Shown one piece after another: positions 33,929 through 42,724 of a stretch of 64,000 nt of DNA. Location: NCBI GenBank assembly GCA_044225235.1, contig JBGAIX010000011.1:31452-95451 (forward strand), in the 5' to 3' direction. The stretch comes from Propionibacteriaceae bacterium (GTDB lineage Bacteria > Actinomycetota > Actinomycetes > Propionibacteriales > Propionibacteriaceae). The notes beneath the pieces were generated by a model. That model was not told the origin of the DNA, searched no databases, and saw nothing but the letters and a program-made list of their open reading frames with translations. Every line of letters starts with the position of its first letter. Position 1 is the first letter of the stretch. A program made the position numbers and the translations under genes.

Positions 33929-34498
33929 ATGAACAGTCAGGTCACGGATCCAATCGTGCTCGTCGTGATGGGTGTCTCGGGGACCGGGAAGTCGACCGTC
34001 GCGGGCCTGCTGGCCGGCCGGCTCGGCTGGGCACTGGCCGAAGGAGACGACCTGCACCCCGCGGCGAACGTGGCGAAGATGGCCGCGGGTCAGCCGCTGG
34101 ACGACGAGGACCGTTGGCCGTGGTTGGACAAGGTGTCCTCCTGGATCGAGCGGCACACCGCTACCGGTGCGCCGGGGGTGATCACCTGCTCGGCGTTGCG
34201 GCGGGTCTATCGCGACCGACTGAGAGGGCCCGGCGTGGCGTTCGTCCACCTGGACGGCAGCTCTCAGGTGATCGCGCAGCGGCTCGCCGCCCGGCTCGAC
34301 CACTTCATGCCGAGCAGCCTGCTGGATTCACAGCTGGCGACGCTGGAACGGCTCGGCCCGGATGAACGGGGCATCGTCGTCGAACTCGGTCGGGACTCTG
34401 CCACGGAGGTCGAGGAGATCATCGAGCGGTTGCAGCTGCGCCCGCTCGGCGGTGAAGCGATTGCGCGGGCCGAGCCCGCAAGCGGTCAACAGCCGTAA
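33929..34498 (+). CDS. gntK: gluconokinase
   Basis: 189 aa. P-loop VVMGVSGTGKSTVAGLLA. Motifs AEGDDLHPAANVAKMAAGQPLDDEDRWPWL, CSALRRVYRD. Confidence 0.9.
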   Translation: MNSQVTDPIVLVVMGVSGTGKSTVAGLLAGRLGWALAEGDDLHPAANVAKMAAGQPLDDEDRWPWLDKVSSWIERHTATGAPGVITCSALRRVYRDRLRGPGVAFVHLDGSSQVIAQRLAARLDHFMPSSLLDSQLATLERLGPDERGIVVELGRDSATEVEEIIERLQLRPLGGEAIARAEPASGQQP

Positions 34499-34558
34499 CC
34501 ATCAGCAGTCGGCCGGCAGGTGCGCCGGCGTGGCAAGACCCGACGCGAGAGCGTCGGC

Positions 34559-34816
34559 CTAAAGGCCCCGGAGGAAGTCGACATCGTCATCCGGGGCTTT
34601 CGGGTGCCGATTGCGCGGATTCGTGCCGAGCGACTCGGCGTTCGGCCGGCCGAGGAAAAGCCAGCTCAGCGCTCCCGCCAACGGCAGACAGATGACGGCG
34701 GTGGCCCACAGCCATCGCGGCATCCGCCGTACAGCGTAGGCGGGCGCTTGGGCGACCTCGACCACACAGTAGATCGTCATCAGGGCGACGATGATGAGCG
34801 GCAGATACCGGGCCAT
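34559..34816 (-). CDS. PLDc_N (PLD nuclease N-terminal) domain small membrane protein
   Basis: 85 aa. Two TM segments and the family-typical pattern RRMPRWLWATAVICLPLAGALSWLFLGRP. Confidence 0.8.
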   Translation of the reverse strand: MARYLPLIIVALMTIYCVVEVAQAPAYAVRRMPRWLWATAVICLPLAGALSWLFLGRPNAESLGTNPRNRHPKAPDDDVDFLRGL

Positions 34817-34954
34817 GTGCAGAGTATGCGTCGCGTCTTCGGACCCGACAAGCGCTGCCCACTACGCTGACGCAATGCTCGATCCGGTGCGCTCGGGTCG
34901 GCCCGCGGTGACGGCCCTGGGTCGCTCCGCGGTCAGGACGGAAGGACGCTGACC

Positions 34955-36112
34955 ATGTGGCGCCGGATCGCGGATGTCGTTCGTCGTGGCTCGGCGCGAG
35001 TGGGGAACGAACTCGCCGCCGCTGCGTTTGCCCGGCAGACAACCGCGCCTGACGCACTCCCCGAGGACGCGGTGGCGCTGTACTTCGCGACCTCGCCGGA
35101 CAACCTGTATCAGTTCGAACAATGGCGCCGCCCACTGGAGCGGCTGGCCGAGCGACGCGGAGTTTTCGTCATCGTGGACAGCGCGGACACGGGCCGTCTC
35201 GTCCGCAGTTCGACCGCGCTGCCGGTCGCCTTTCTCCGGGGCAGCGCCTCCCTCGAGGCGGTCGTGGCCAGCCGGCGGGTCCGGGTGGTGCTGTACGTGA
35301 ACCAGGTCGAATCCAACTTCCGGATGCTCCGATTCCCCGAGCCGGTGCACCTCCAAATCGGTCACGGGGAGAGCGACAAGGGCTCGAGCAGTTCCCATCA
35401 GCACCGCGCGTACGACGGTGTGCTCGTCGCCGGGCAGGCCGGTCGGGACAGGCTTGCCCGCGCGCTTCGCGACTACGACGCCGATCGGTTGACGACGCTG
35501 GTGGGCCGCCCGCAACTGGACTACGCGTATCCGGGCGCGCCCGACTGGACCGACGACGCGCGTGTCGTGCTCTACGCGCCGACCTGGCAAGGCGACCGGC
35601 CGAGCATCGCCTACGGTTCGCTGCTCACTCACGGGCGGTCGATTGTGGCCGCCTTGCTCGCCGATCCGCAGATCAGGGTCATCTATCGACCGCATCCGCG
35701 GATCCACAAGGGGAGCGCCGACTATGTGGCGGCTGATCGCGAGATCCGGGCCATGGTCCGGTCGGCGGGGGACCGGCACCTGATCGACGAGGGCCCGTAC
35801 GGATGGCAGTGGCGGGTCGCGGATGCGTGCGTCACCGACATCTCGGCCGTGGCGTACGACTGGCTGGCAACAGGGAAGCCGCTGGTGGTGACCGAGCCTG
35901 CCGAATCTCGGGCCTTCCGCGGCGACTCGGCGCTCCTCCGCAGGTTGCCGCTACTGCCGGCCGCAGATGCCTCCCGCGTGGTGGACCGACTGGCTGCCGA
36001 GCCGTCACTGGCGGAACTCACCAGCTACTACTTCGGGGACACCACCCCGGGCACGAGCACGGCGCGCTTCGAGGCCGCGATCGACGACGCCTGGCACCGG
36101 GCTCGCGGCTGA
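34955..36112 (+). CDS. CDP-glycerol glycerophosphotransferase (TagF-like) family protein
   Basis: 385 aa. Motifs LQIGHGESDK, VVLYAPTWQGD, VTDISAVAYDWLATGKPLVV. Confidence 0.75.
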   Translation: MWRRIADVVRRGSARVGNELAAAAFARQTTAPDALPEDAVALYFATSPDNLYQFEQWRRPLERLAERRGVFVIVDSADTGRLVRSSTALPVAFLRGSASLEAVVASRRVRVVLYVNQVESNFRMLRFPEPVHLQIGHGESDKGSSSSHQHRAYDGVLVAGQAGRDRLARALRDYDADRLTTLVGRPQLDYAYPGAPDWTDDARVVLYAPTWQGDRPSIAYGSLLTHGRSIVAALLADPQIRVIYRPHPRIHKGSADYVAADREIRAMVRSAGDRHLIDEGPYGWQWRVADACVTDISAVAYDWLATGKPLVVTEPAESRAFRGDSALLRRLPLLPAADASRVVDRLAAEPSLAELTSYYFGDTTPGTSTARFEAAIDDAWHRARG

Positions 36113-36208
36113 CCGAGCTGCCGCGCGTTCGGCCGGTCGGCGGGGTCGGGCGTCGATAGTCTGAGCGAATGGAATCTGGCGGCGCGGCGAACGTGCGGTG
36201 AATCTCTG

Positions 36209-37018
36209 GTGACTGCTGCCGATCAGACCAGCCCGGAGCGACCGAGCGAGCCGACGATCGCGGAGCTGCGCGCTGTCACGCAGCCTGAGTCGGTGACCGG
36301 CCGCCGCAACAGCGAGCACTGGGTCGCCGACCTCTATCTTCGGCGCATCTCGCCGTACCTGACCCGGCTACTGCTCCGCACACCGCTCAGCGCCAATCAG
36401 GTCACCGTGCTGATGATCGCCACCGGCGCCGCCGCGGGCGCGGCCCTGCTTGCGCCTGGCTTGTTCGGGGCGGCGCTGGCAGCGTTGCTCGCGCAACTGC
36501 AGATGCTCTGGGATTGCTGCGACGGTGAGGTCGCCCGCTGGCGGCGAACCTTCTCCCCGCGCGGGTACTTCCTGGACAAGATCGGCCACTACACGGCTGA
36601 GGGGGTCGTTCCGATCGGCCTCGGCGTCCACGCCGACGGTGGCCTCGGCTCGCTCGGTGGCTGGACGACTCTCGGCTGTCTGATTGCCGTGCTGGTGCTC
36701 TGGAACAAGGTCCTCAATGACGCGGTGCACGTGACCCGGGCGGTCTCCGGCCTGCCGTTGCTCGCGGACCGCGCCGAGTCGGTCACCCCGACTGCGGCGG
36801 GTATTCGGCGGCTGCGATCGCTGGCGCGCTTCGTGCCGTTCCACCGCATCTACCACTCGGTCGAGCTGACGTTGCTTGCGCTGGCGGCCGGGATCGCCGA
36901 CCTGTTCCTCGGCGACCTGGTGGCCACGCGAGGCCTGGTGCTGGTGCTGCTGCCCGCCGCGCTGCTCACCGTGTCCGGCCATTTCGTCGCCATTCTGTCC
37001 TCGCCGAGGCTGCGTTGA
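36209..37018 (+). CDS. CDP-alcohol phosphatidyltransferase family protein
   Basis: 269 aa, polytopic. Signature region WDCCDGEVARWRRTFSPRGYFLDKIGHY approximates DG(x)2AR(x)8G(x)3D. Confidence 0.8.
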   Translation: MTAADQTSPERPSEPTIAELRAVTQPESVTGRRNSEHWVADLYLRRISPYLTRLLLRTPLSANQVTVLMIATGAAAGAALLAPGLFGAALAALLAQLQMLWDCCDGEVARWRRTFSPRGYFLDKIGHYTAEGVVPIGLGVHADGGLGSLGGWTTLGCLIAVLVLWNKVLNDAVHVTRAVSGLPLLADRAESVTPTAAGIRRLRSLARFVPFHRIYHSVELTLLALAAGIADLFLGDLVATRGLVLVLLPAALLTVSGHFVAILSSPRLR

Positions 37019-37890
37019 GCGACCAGCGGCCCCGGGTTGGGGCCGTCCTCCTCACGATGGGCGACCGCCCGACGGAGTTCGCCCGGGCGTTGGCGTCGCT
37101 GCAGGCACAACGGGGGGTCGACCTGGAGATCGTGCTCGTCGGCAATGGGTTCGCGATCCCACCGACCGAGGGCGCGACCGTGATCAATCTGCCGGAGAAT
37201 GTCGGCTGCCCCGAGGGCCGCAACGTGGGGGCAGCGGACGTCGCGGCCGATTACCTCTTCTTCTATGACGACGATGCCGATCTTCCCGATCACGACACCG
37301 TGCTGCGGCTTGCGGAGGTGCTGGCCGGGCATCCGGAGGTGGCAGCGGTGCAGGCGAGGCCGGCCGACCCGTTCGGGCGACCGGCACCCGAACGCTGGAC
37401 TCCGCGTGAGGCCGCGCGACGTGGTGTGGAGGTGTCCGGGCCTGTTGTCTGGCTGTGGGAAGGCGTCTGCATGATGCGGCGCGACGTCTTCCAGAAGGTC
37501 GGCGGTTGGGCGGGTCACTTCTTCTTCGCGCACGAGGGCGTCGACTTGATGTGGCGGATCTGGGATGCCGGATACGTCGGCTGGTACGCCGCCGATGCCG
37601 TGGTGCACCATCCGGCCACGAGCGCGAAACGACACTCGATCTACTTCCGCACCAACGCGCGGAATCGTGTCTGGGTAGCGGTGCGTAACCTCCCCGCGTC
37701 GCTGGTGGCGCCCTACTTGGCGATCTGGGTGGCGATGACGTTGAGGCGCGAGTGGCGCAACCCCCGCGGCCTCGCGGCGTGGTTCGGCGGCTTCGCCGAG
37801 GGGCTCCGTGGCGGCTGGGGTGAGCGGCGTCCGATGTCCTGGCGCACGGTGTGGCGGATGACCAGAGCGGGTCGGCCGCCGCTGTTCTGA
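37015..37890 (+). CDS. family 2 glycosyltransferase
   Basis: 291 aa. It overlaps the previous stop by 4 nt. Has a GT-A pattern (VGAVLLTMGDRP..., NVGCPEGRNVG, FFYDDDADL). Confidence 0.8.
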   Translation: MSDQRPRVGAVLLTMGDRPTEFARALASLQAQRGVDLEIVLVGNGFAIPPTEGATVINLPENVGCPEGRNVGAADVAADYLFFYDDDADLPDHDTVLRLAEVLAGHPEVAAVQARPADPFGRPAPERWTPREAARRGVEVSGPVVWLWEGVCMMRRDVFQKVGGWAGHFFFAHEGVDLMWRIWDAGYVGWYAADAVVHHPATSAKRHSIYFRTNARNRVWVAVRNLPASLVAPYLAIWVAMTLRREWRNPRGLAAWFGGFAEGLRGGWGERRPMSWRTVWRMTRAGRPPLF

Positions 37891-37902
37891 CCGAGCTGGC
37901 GG

Positions 37903-38796
37903 TCAGCGGGCCAGGACCAGGCCGGCAGCGAGCGCCGCGGCGGTGAGCAGTTCGGCCTGGCCGGTCGCCTTGAGGACGGTGATCAGCGCTCGACCGGTCG
38001 CTCCACCCAGCACGGTCCGAGCCGCAGGGATCAGCGCGGCGATGCCGGCGAGGCCGAACAGCGCGAGCCAATCGCTGAGCGCGGCGACGACCACGAGACT
38101 GAGAGCAGCGAGGCCGATGAGGCCGACGTACAGCGCGCGCGTCCGACGATCACCGAGCCGGGTCGCGAGGGTGCGCTTGCCGCTAGCGGTGTCGCCGGCG
38201 ATGTCGCGCAGGTTGTTGGCTACCAGAATGGCGCAGGCCAGGGCGCCGATCGCGACTCCCAGCACCACTCCGGCGAGGCTCACCGCGTCGGTCTGGACGT
38301 ACTCCGTCCCACCGACCGCGACCAGGCCGAAGAAGACGAAGACGAAGACCTCGCCGAGTCCGAGGTACCCGTACGGGTGGCTGCCACCGGTGTAGAACCA
38401 GGCGGCGAGGACGCACACGGCGCCGACGAGGATCAACCACCAGTGGCCCGTCACCAGCACGATGCCGAGGCCGGCAAGCGCGGCCACGCCGAAGGCGACG
38501 AACGCAGCGCGCTTCACTGCCGCCGGTCGCGCCAGACCCGAACCGACCAGGCGCAGCGGTCCGACCCGGACGGCGTCGGTTCCGCGGATGCCGTCGGAGT
38601 AGTCGTTGGCGTAGTTGACCCCGACTTGCAGAGCGATGCTCACCAGCAACGCGAGCAGCGCCGCAACGGGCCGGAGCCCGCCCTGGTACCAGGCCAGTCC
38701 TGTCGCCGCCATGACCGGAGCGATCGCGGCCGGCAACGTCCGGGGGCGGGCACCGGCCACCCACTGGGCAGGCGTCGCGCTGGCGAGCGTCGTCAT
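37903..38796 (-). CDS. menA: 1,4-dihydroxy-2-naphthoate polyprenyltransferase
   Basis: ORF track 37903..38889; start moved to ATG 38796 (MTTLASATPAQWVAGARPRTLPAA). UbiA-fold Asp-rich motif NYANDYSDGIRGTD. Confidence 0.88.
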   Translation of the reverse strand: MTTLASATPAQWVAGARPRTLPAAIAPVMAATGLAWYQGGLRPVAALLALLVSIALQVGVNYANDYSDGIRGTDAVRVGPLRLVGSGLARPAAVKRAAFVAFGVAALAGLGIVLVTGHWWLILVGAVCVLAAWFYTGGSHPYGYLGLGEVFVFVFFGLVAVGGTEYVQTDAVSLAGVVLGVAIGALACAILVANNLRDIAGDTASGKRTLATRLGDRRTRALYVGLIGLAALSLVVVAALSDWLALFGLAGIAALIPAARTVLGGATGRALITVLKATGQAELLTAAALAAGLVLAR

Positions 38797-38866
38797 CGGT
38801 GACTCTCGTTGCGGCAGCTGCGCCGGACCGTCGTGTGACGTCGGTGCACTCGGGAGCGGGTCAGGG

Positions 38867-40036
38867 TCATGGTGTCTCCATGCTGGCATCGCCCCTCGGC
38901 GGTGGCTGGCCAGCGATCAGTTGGCGGATCGTGGCGCGATCGGGCTTGCCGCTGGTCAGCATCGGTATCGACGGCAACCGCACCAGGTCGCGTGGCGCTG
39001 CGTGCGCCGGGAGTCGCTCGGCGATGAATCCGCGCAGCCCGGTTGTCTCACCAGGACCGTCCGTGACCGCGACGATTCGGGTGCCCCATTCCGGGTCGGG
39101 CAGGCCCACGACGACGAGCGCGTGCCCTCGCGCCCACTGCTGCGCGACCCGTTCGACCTCGGCGAGGTCCACCTTCAGTCCACCGGTGACGACGACATCG
39201 TCGGTGCGGCCGAGAATGACGAGCTGCTCGCCCTCCCAGCTGCCCCGATCCGACGTGGTGAACCAGCCATCGACCAGGTGCTCGGTCGTCAGGTCCGGCC
39301 GGGACCGGTAGCCGGCGAACAGCGTCGGCCCGCCGATGCTGACCCGCCCGGCCGCGTCCAGTCGGACCCGGACGCCACCCAACGGACGTCCGTCGTACAC
39401 GCAGCCGCCGCACGTCTCGGTCAGCCCGTAGCTGCGGACAAGGGCGATGTCGGCTGCGTGAGCGCGGCGAACAAGGTCGTCGTCGAGCGGACCGCCACCC
39501 ACCAACACGGCGTCGAAGGCGCGCAGCGCGTGTGCCGTCGACGCGGAGCGCATCGCCCGCGCGAGCTGAGTCGGAACCAGCGAGAGGCGGCGCGGAGCCG
39601 GCAGCGATGCTGCCGCGGCAGCGAGGTCGGCGAGATCGGTTCGCACGGCTGCCGTCGGCTGCTCGGCCAGCTGAGCGCGTGCAAGCGTCATCAGCCCGGC
39701 GACGTAGTGCGTCGGCAGCGCCACCGCCCAGCTGGCCGGACCGCCGAGCCTGTCGTTCGAAGCGGCGGCCGCGGCGAGGACGGCGTCCCGCGTGAGGATC
39801 GCCGCCTTGGGCGTGCCGCTGCTCCCCGAGGAGGTGAGGACGACGGCGGCGTCGGTCTCGACGACGGGGTCGGCCGGCCGCACCGCTTGGAGCGCTCGCC
39901 GGCGCTCGCGGGGGTCGCTCGGCAGGGGCGCGATCGGTGGGCCACCGGCAAGAGCGTCGCGGAGTCCTTGAGCGAGTTCGGACGACTCGACCACGCGCAG
40001 GCCCTGGCTGGCCGACTCCGGGTCGCGAGCGATCAC
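38867..40036 (-). CDS. menE: o-succinylbenzoate-CoA ligase
   Basis: 389 aa. Short adenylate-forming enzyme with LTSSGSSGTPKA, YGLTETCGG, SGKPDR. Sits in men gene context. Confidence 0.85.
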   Translation of the reverse strand: MIARDPESASQGLRVVESSELAQGLRDALAGGPPIAPLPSDPRERRRALQAVRPADPVVETDAAVVLTSSGSSGTPKAAILTRDAVLAAAAASNDRLGGPASWAVALPTHYVAGLMTLARAQLAEQPTAAVRTDLADLAAAAASLPAPRRLSLVPTQLARAMRSASTAHALRAFDAVLVGGGPLDDDLVRRAHAADIALVRSYGLTETCGGCVYDGRPLGGVRVRLDAAGRVSIGGPTLFAGYRSRPDLTTEHLVDGWFTTSDRGSWEGEQLVILGRTDDVVVTGGLKVDLAEVERVAQQWARGHALVVVGLPDPEWGTRIVAVTDGPGETTGLRGFIAERLPAHAAPRDLVRLPSIPMLTSGKPDRATIRQLIAGQPPPRGDASMETP

Positions 40037-40067
40037 CCCGCAAATCTAGGCGGACTGGGCGACACTG

Positions 40068-41057
40068 GTGCCCGTGCCCGCCGCCGTCCACGTCTACTCG
40101 ATCCCGATGCGCGCGCGTTTCCGCGGCATCACGGTTCGCCAGGGCGTGCTCGTCCGCGGTGCCGCAGGGTGGGGCGAGTGGAGCCCGTTTCTCGACTATG
40201 GCGACGCCGAGATCGTTTCGTGGCTGCGCGCTGCCGACGAGGCTGCCGAGCGTGGCTGGCCGGCTCCGGTTCGCGACGCCGTGCCCGTGAACTGCACAGT
40301 GCCGGCAGTCGGTCCGGCCGAGGCGTACGCGCTGGTGGCCGCATCGGGATGCCGGACGGCGAAGGTGAAGGTAGCGGAGCCCGGCCAAACCCTCGGCGAT
40401 GATCTCGAGCGGGTCGAGGCGGTCCGCGCCGCGCTCGGGACGAGCGGCGCCGTGCGGGTTGACGCGAACGGAGCGTGGTCGGTCGGAGAGGCACTGGGTG
40501 CCCTGCGCGCGCTGGACCGTTTCACCCTGGAATACGCCGAGCAGCCCTGCCTCGACGTCGCCGACCTGGCCGAACTGCGACGCCGCATCGCCCGGGCCGG
40601 GCTCGACATCCGCATCGCCGCAGACGAATCCATTCGGCGGGCAGCGGACCCGTACCGAGTCGCGCGGTTGGAGGCGGCCGACGTCGCGGTGCTGAAGGTC
40701 CAGCCGCTGGGCGGCGTCCGGGCCTGCCTGGCGATCGCTGAGCGGCTGGGACTTCCGGTGGTGGTCTCGAGTGCCCTGGAGACGTCGGTCGGCCTTCGGG
40801 CCGGGATAGCGCTGGCCGCGGCACTGCCGGAACTCCCGTTCGCTTGCGGGCTGAACACGGCGGGATTGCTGGCAGCAGACGTCGGCGTCCCACCGGTGCG
40901 GGCCATCGATGGCGCGGTGCCGGTGCCGGGAGCTGGCATCGACCTCCCGGACGACACGCTCGCGTCGGTTCGGGCAGACCCTGACGCTGCCGCGTTCTGG
41001 CAGGCTCGGCTCGTGCGCGCGCGCAGACTGATGGACCGGGACGCCGACGATGGCTGA
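40068..41057 (+). CDS. menC: o-succinylbenzoate synthase (enolase superfamily)
   Basis: 329 aa. Motifs VYSIPMRARFRGITVRQGVLVRG..GWGEWSPF, KVKV, VDANGAWS, LEYAEQP. Confidence 0.85.
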   Translation: MPVPAAVHVYSIPMRARFRGITVRQGVLVRGAAGWGEWSPFLDYGDAEIVSWLRAADEAAERGWPAPVRDAVPVNCTVPAVGPAEAYALVAASGCRTAKVKVAEPGQTLGDDLERVEAVRAALGTSGAVRVDANGAWSVGEALGALRALDRFTLEYAEQPCLDVADLAELRRRIARAGLDIRIAADESIRRAADPYRVARLEAADVAVLKVQPLGGVRACLAIAERLGLPVVVSSALETSVGLRAGIALAAALPELPFACGLNTAGLLAADVGVPPVRAIDGAVPVPGAGIDLPDDTLASVRADPDAAAFWQARLVRARRLMDRDADDG

Positions 41058-42678
41058 GGCGGCCCAGTGTGCGCGCGTCATCGTGGAGGAGCTGCTCGGG
41101 CAAGGCGTCCGGGAGGCGGTTCTGGCGCCGGGTTCGCGGAGCGCGCCGCTGGCGTATGAGTTGTTCGAGGCGGACCGAATCGGCCTGCTGCGGTTGCATG
41201 TGCGGATCGACGAAAGGGGGGCCGGATTTCTCGCGCTCGGTCTGGCGAAGGCGTCGGGAGCCCCGGTCGCGGCGCTCACGACGTCGGGCACCGCCGCGGC
41301 CAATCTGCATCCCGCCGTGCTCGAGGCCTGGCACTCCCACGTTCCTCTCGTGGTGGTGACGGCGAGTCGGCCCCGCCTTCTCGTGCATACGGGAAGCAAC
41401 CAAACAGCCGATCAGCGCGGGCTGTACGGCCGCCATGTCCGGGCCGAGGCCAGCCTCGCCGATCGGCCGAGCGATCCGTACGGGTGGCGATTCGAGGTGG
41501 CGCGGCTGCTGGTCGCTGCGACCGGCGCGCGCAGCCGAGCTCCTGGGCCCGTCCACCTCGATGTCGAACTCGCCGAGCCGCTGGTGCCGACGGAGTCGGC
41601 CACGGTGTCGCTACCCGACCTGACGATTGAGCCTGGTCCGACCGCGGTGGCGGCCACCGAGCTTCCGGCCGGCCCGAACACCGTGATCGTTGCGGGTGAC
41701 CTCCCACCCTGGGCGGGCGTCATGGTCGCCGAGCAGGCCGCCGCCGCTGCTGTCCCGTTGCTCGCGGAACCCTCCAGCAATGCACGCCGCGGTGCCGCCG
41801 CCGTCGGCACCTACCGCGTGCTGCTGGGCAGTGACCTGGCGCGGGAGATCGAGCGGGTCGTGGTCGTCGGACGTCCCACGTTGTCACGCCCGGTGACGAG
41901 ACTGCTGTCCAGCGACGACCTTGAGATCGTCGTCGTCAGCCCCCATGCGGACTGGGTCGATCCCGGGCGACGGGCAACGCGGGTGGTCAGCGCGGTGTCG
42001 CTGACCCCGGGATCCGGCGAGTGGCTGCAGCGCTGGCGGGCGGCGGACGGGACGGCGGCTCGATCGTTGCAACGGCTCGTCGACGCCCAGCCCGGATTGA
42101 CCGGGCCGGCGCTGGCCGCGGCGGTGTGGGCAGCGCTGAACGAGAACGATACGTTCGTCATCGGCTCGTCCAACCCGATCCGAGACGCCGACCTCGCGCC
42201 GATCTCGGCCTCGCCCCCAGCGACGTACGCCAATCGCGGGTTGTCCGGGATCGACGGGACCGTGTCGACGGCGTTCGGCGTCGCCCTCGCTGTCGAACGC
42301 CCCACCCATGCGCTGCTGGGCGATCTGACGGCGCTGCACGATCTCACAGGACTATTCGCGGGCCCAGATGAGCCGCGTGCCGACCTTCGGCTGATCGTCG
42401 CGAACGATGACGGGGGCAGCATTTTCGCCACCCTCGAGCACGGCGATCTGGCGCGCCGGCGGTCCTTCGAGCGGGTTTTCGCGACCCCGCAGCGCGCGGA
42501 TTTCGCGGCCCTCGCTGCCGGCGCCGGCGTGGCGTACCGGAGGATCGAGCACGTCCGGGAGATCCGCGAACTGCTCGGTGAGCCGCCGGTAGGGGTGGAG
42601 CTTGTGGAGGCGCGGGTGGACCGTACGACTCGACGCGAGCTGCACGCGGCGATCGCCGCGATCGCACACGATCTCTGA
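41050..42678 (+). CDS. menD: 2-succinyl-5-enolpyruvyl-6-hydroxy-3-cyclohexene-1-carboxylate synthase (ThDP-dependent)
   Basis: 542 aa. Motifs LAPGSRSAPLA, TSGTAAANLHPAVLEA, ThDP motif GDLTALHD...NDDGGSIF. Confidence 0.9.
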   Translation: MAEAAQCARVIVEELLGQGVREAVLAPGSRSAPLAYELFEADRIGLLRLHVRIDERGAGFLALGLAKASGAPVAALTTSGTAAANLHPAVLEAWHSHVPLVVVTASRPRLLVHTGSNQTADQRGLYGRHVRAEASLADRPSDPYGWRFEVARLLVAATGARSRAPGPVHLDVELAEPLVPTESATVSLPDLTIEPGPTAVAATELPAGPNTVIVAGDLPPWAGVMVAEQAAAAAVPLLAEPSSNARRGAAAVGTYRVLLGSDLAREIERVVVVGRPTLSRPVTRLLSSDDLEIVVVSPHADWVDPGRRATRVVSAVSLTPGSGEWLQRWRAADGTAARSLQRLVDAQPGLTGPALAAAVWAALNENDTFVIGSSNPIRDADLAPISASPPATYANRGLSGIDGTVSTAFGVALAVERPTHALLGDLTALHDLTGLFAGPDEPRADLRLIVANDDGGSIFATLEHGDLARRRSFERVFATPQRADFAALAAGAGVAYRRIEHVREIRELLGEPPVGVELVEARVDRTTRRELHAAIAAIAHDL

Positions 42679-42724
42679 TCGGAAGCGGTCTCGGACGAGA
42701 GCGGCGAGTCCTCCCGAGCCGTCG

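Noticed and set aside
39048-41399. 783-aa minus-strand ORF
   Set aside because: It runs across menE (out of frame) and antisense to menC and menD, which have clear family motifs. Its Arg/Pro/Ala-rich content is a high-GC artefact.
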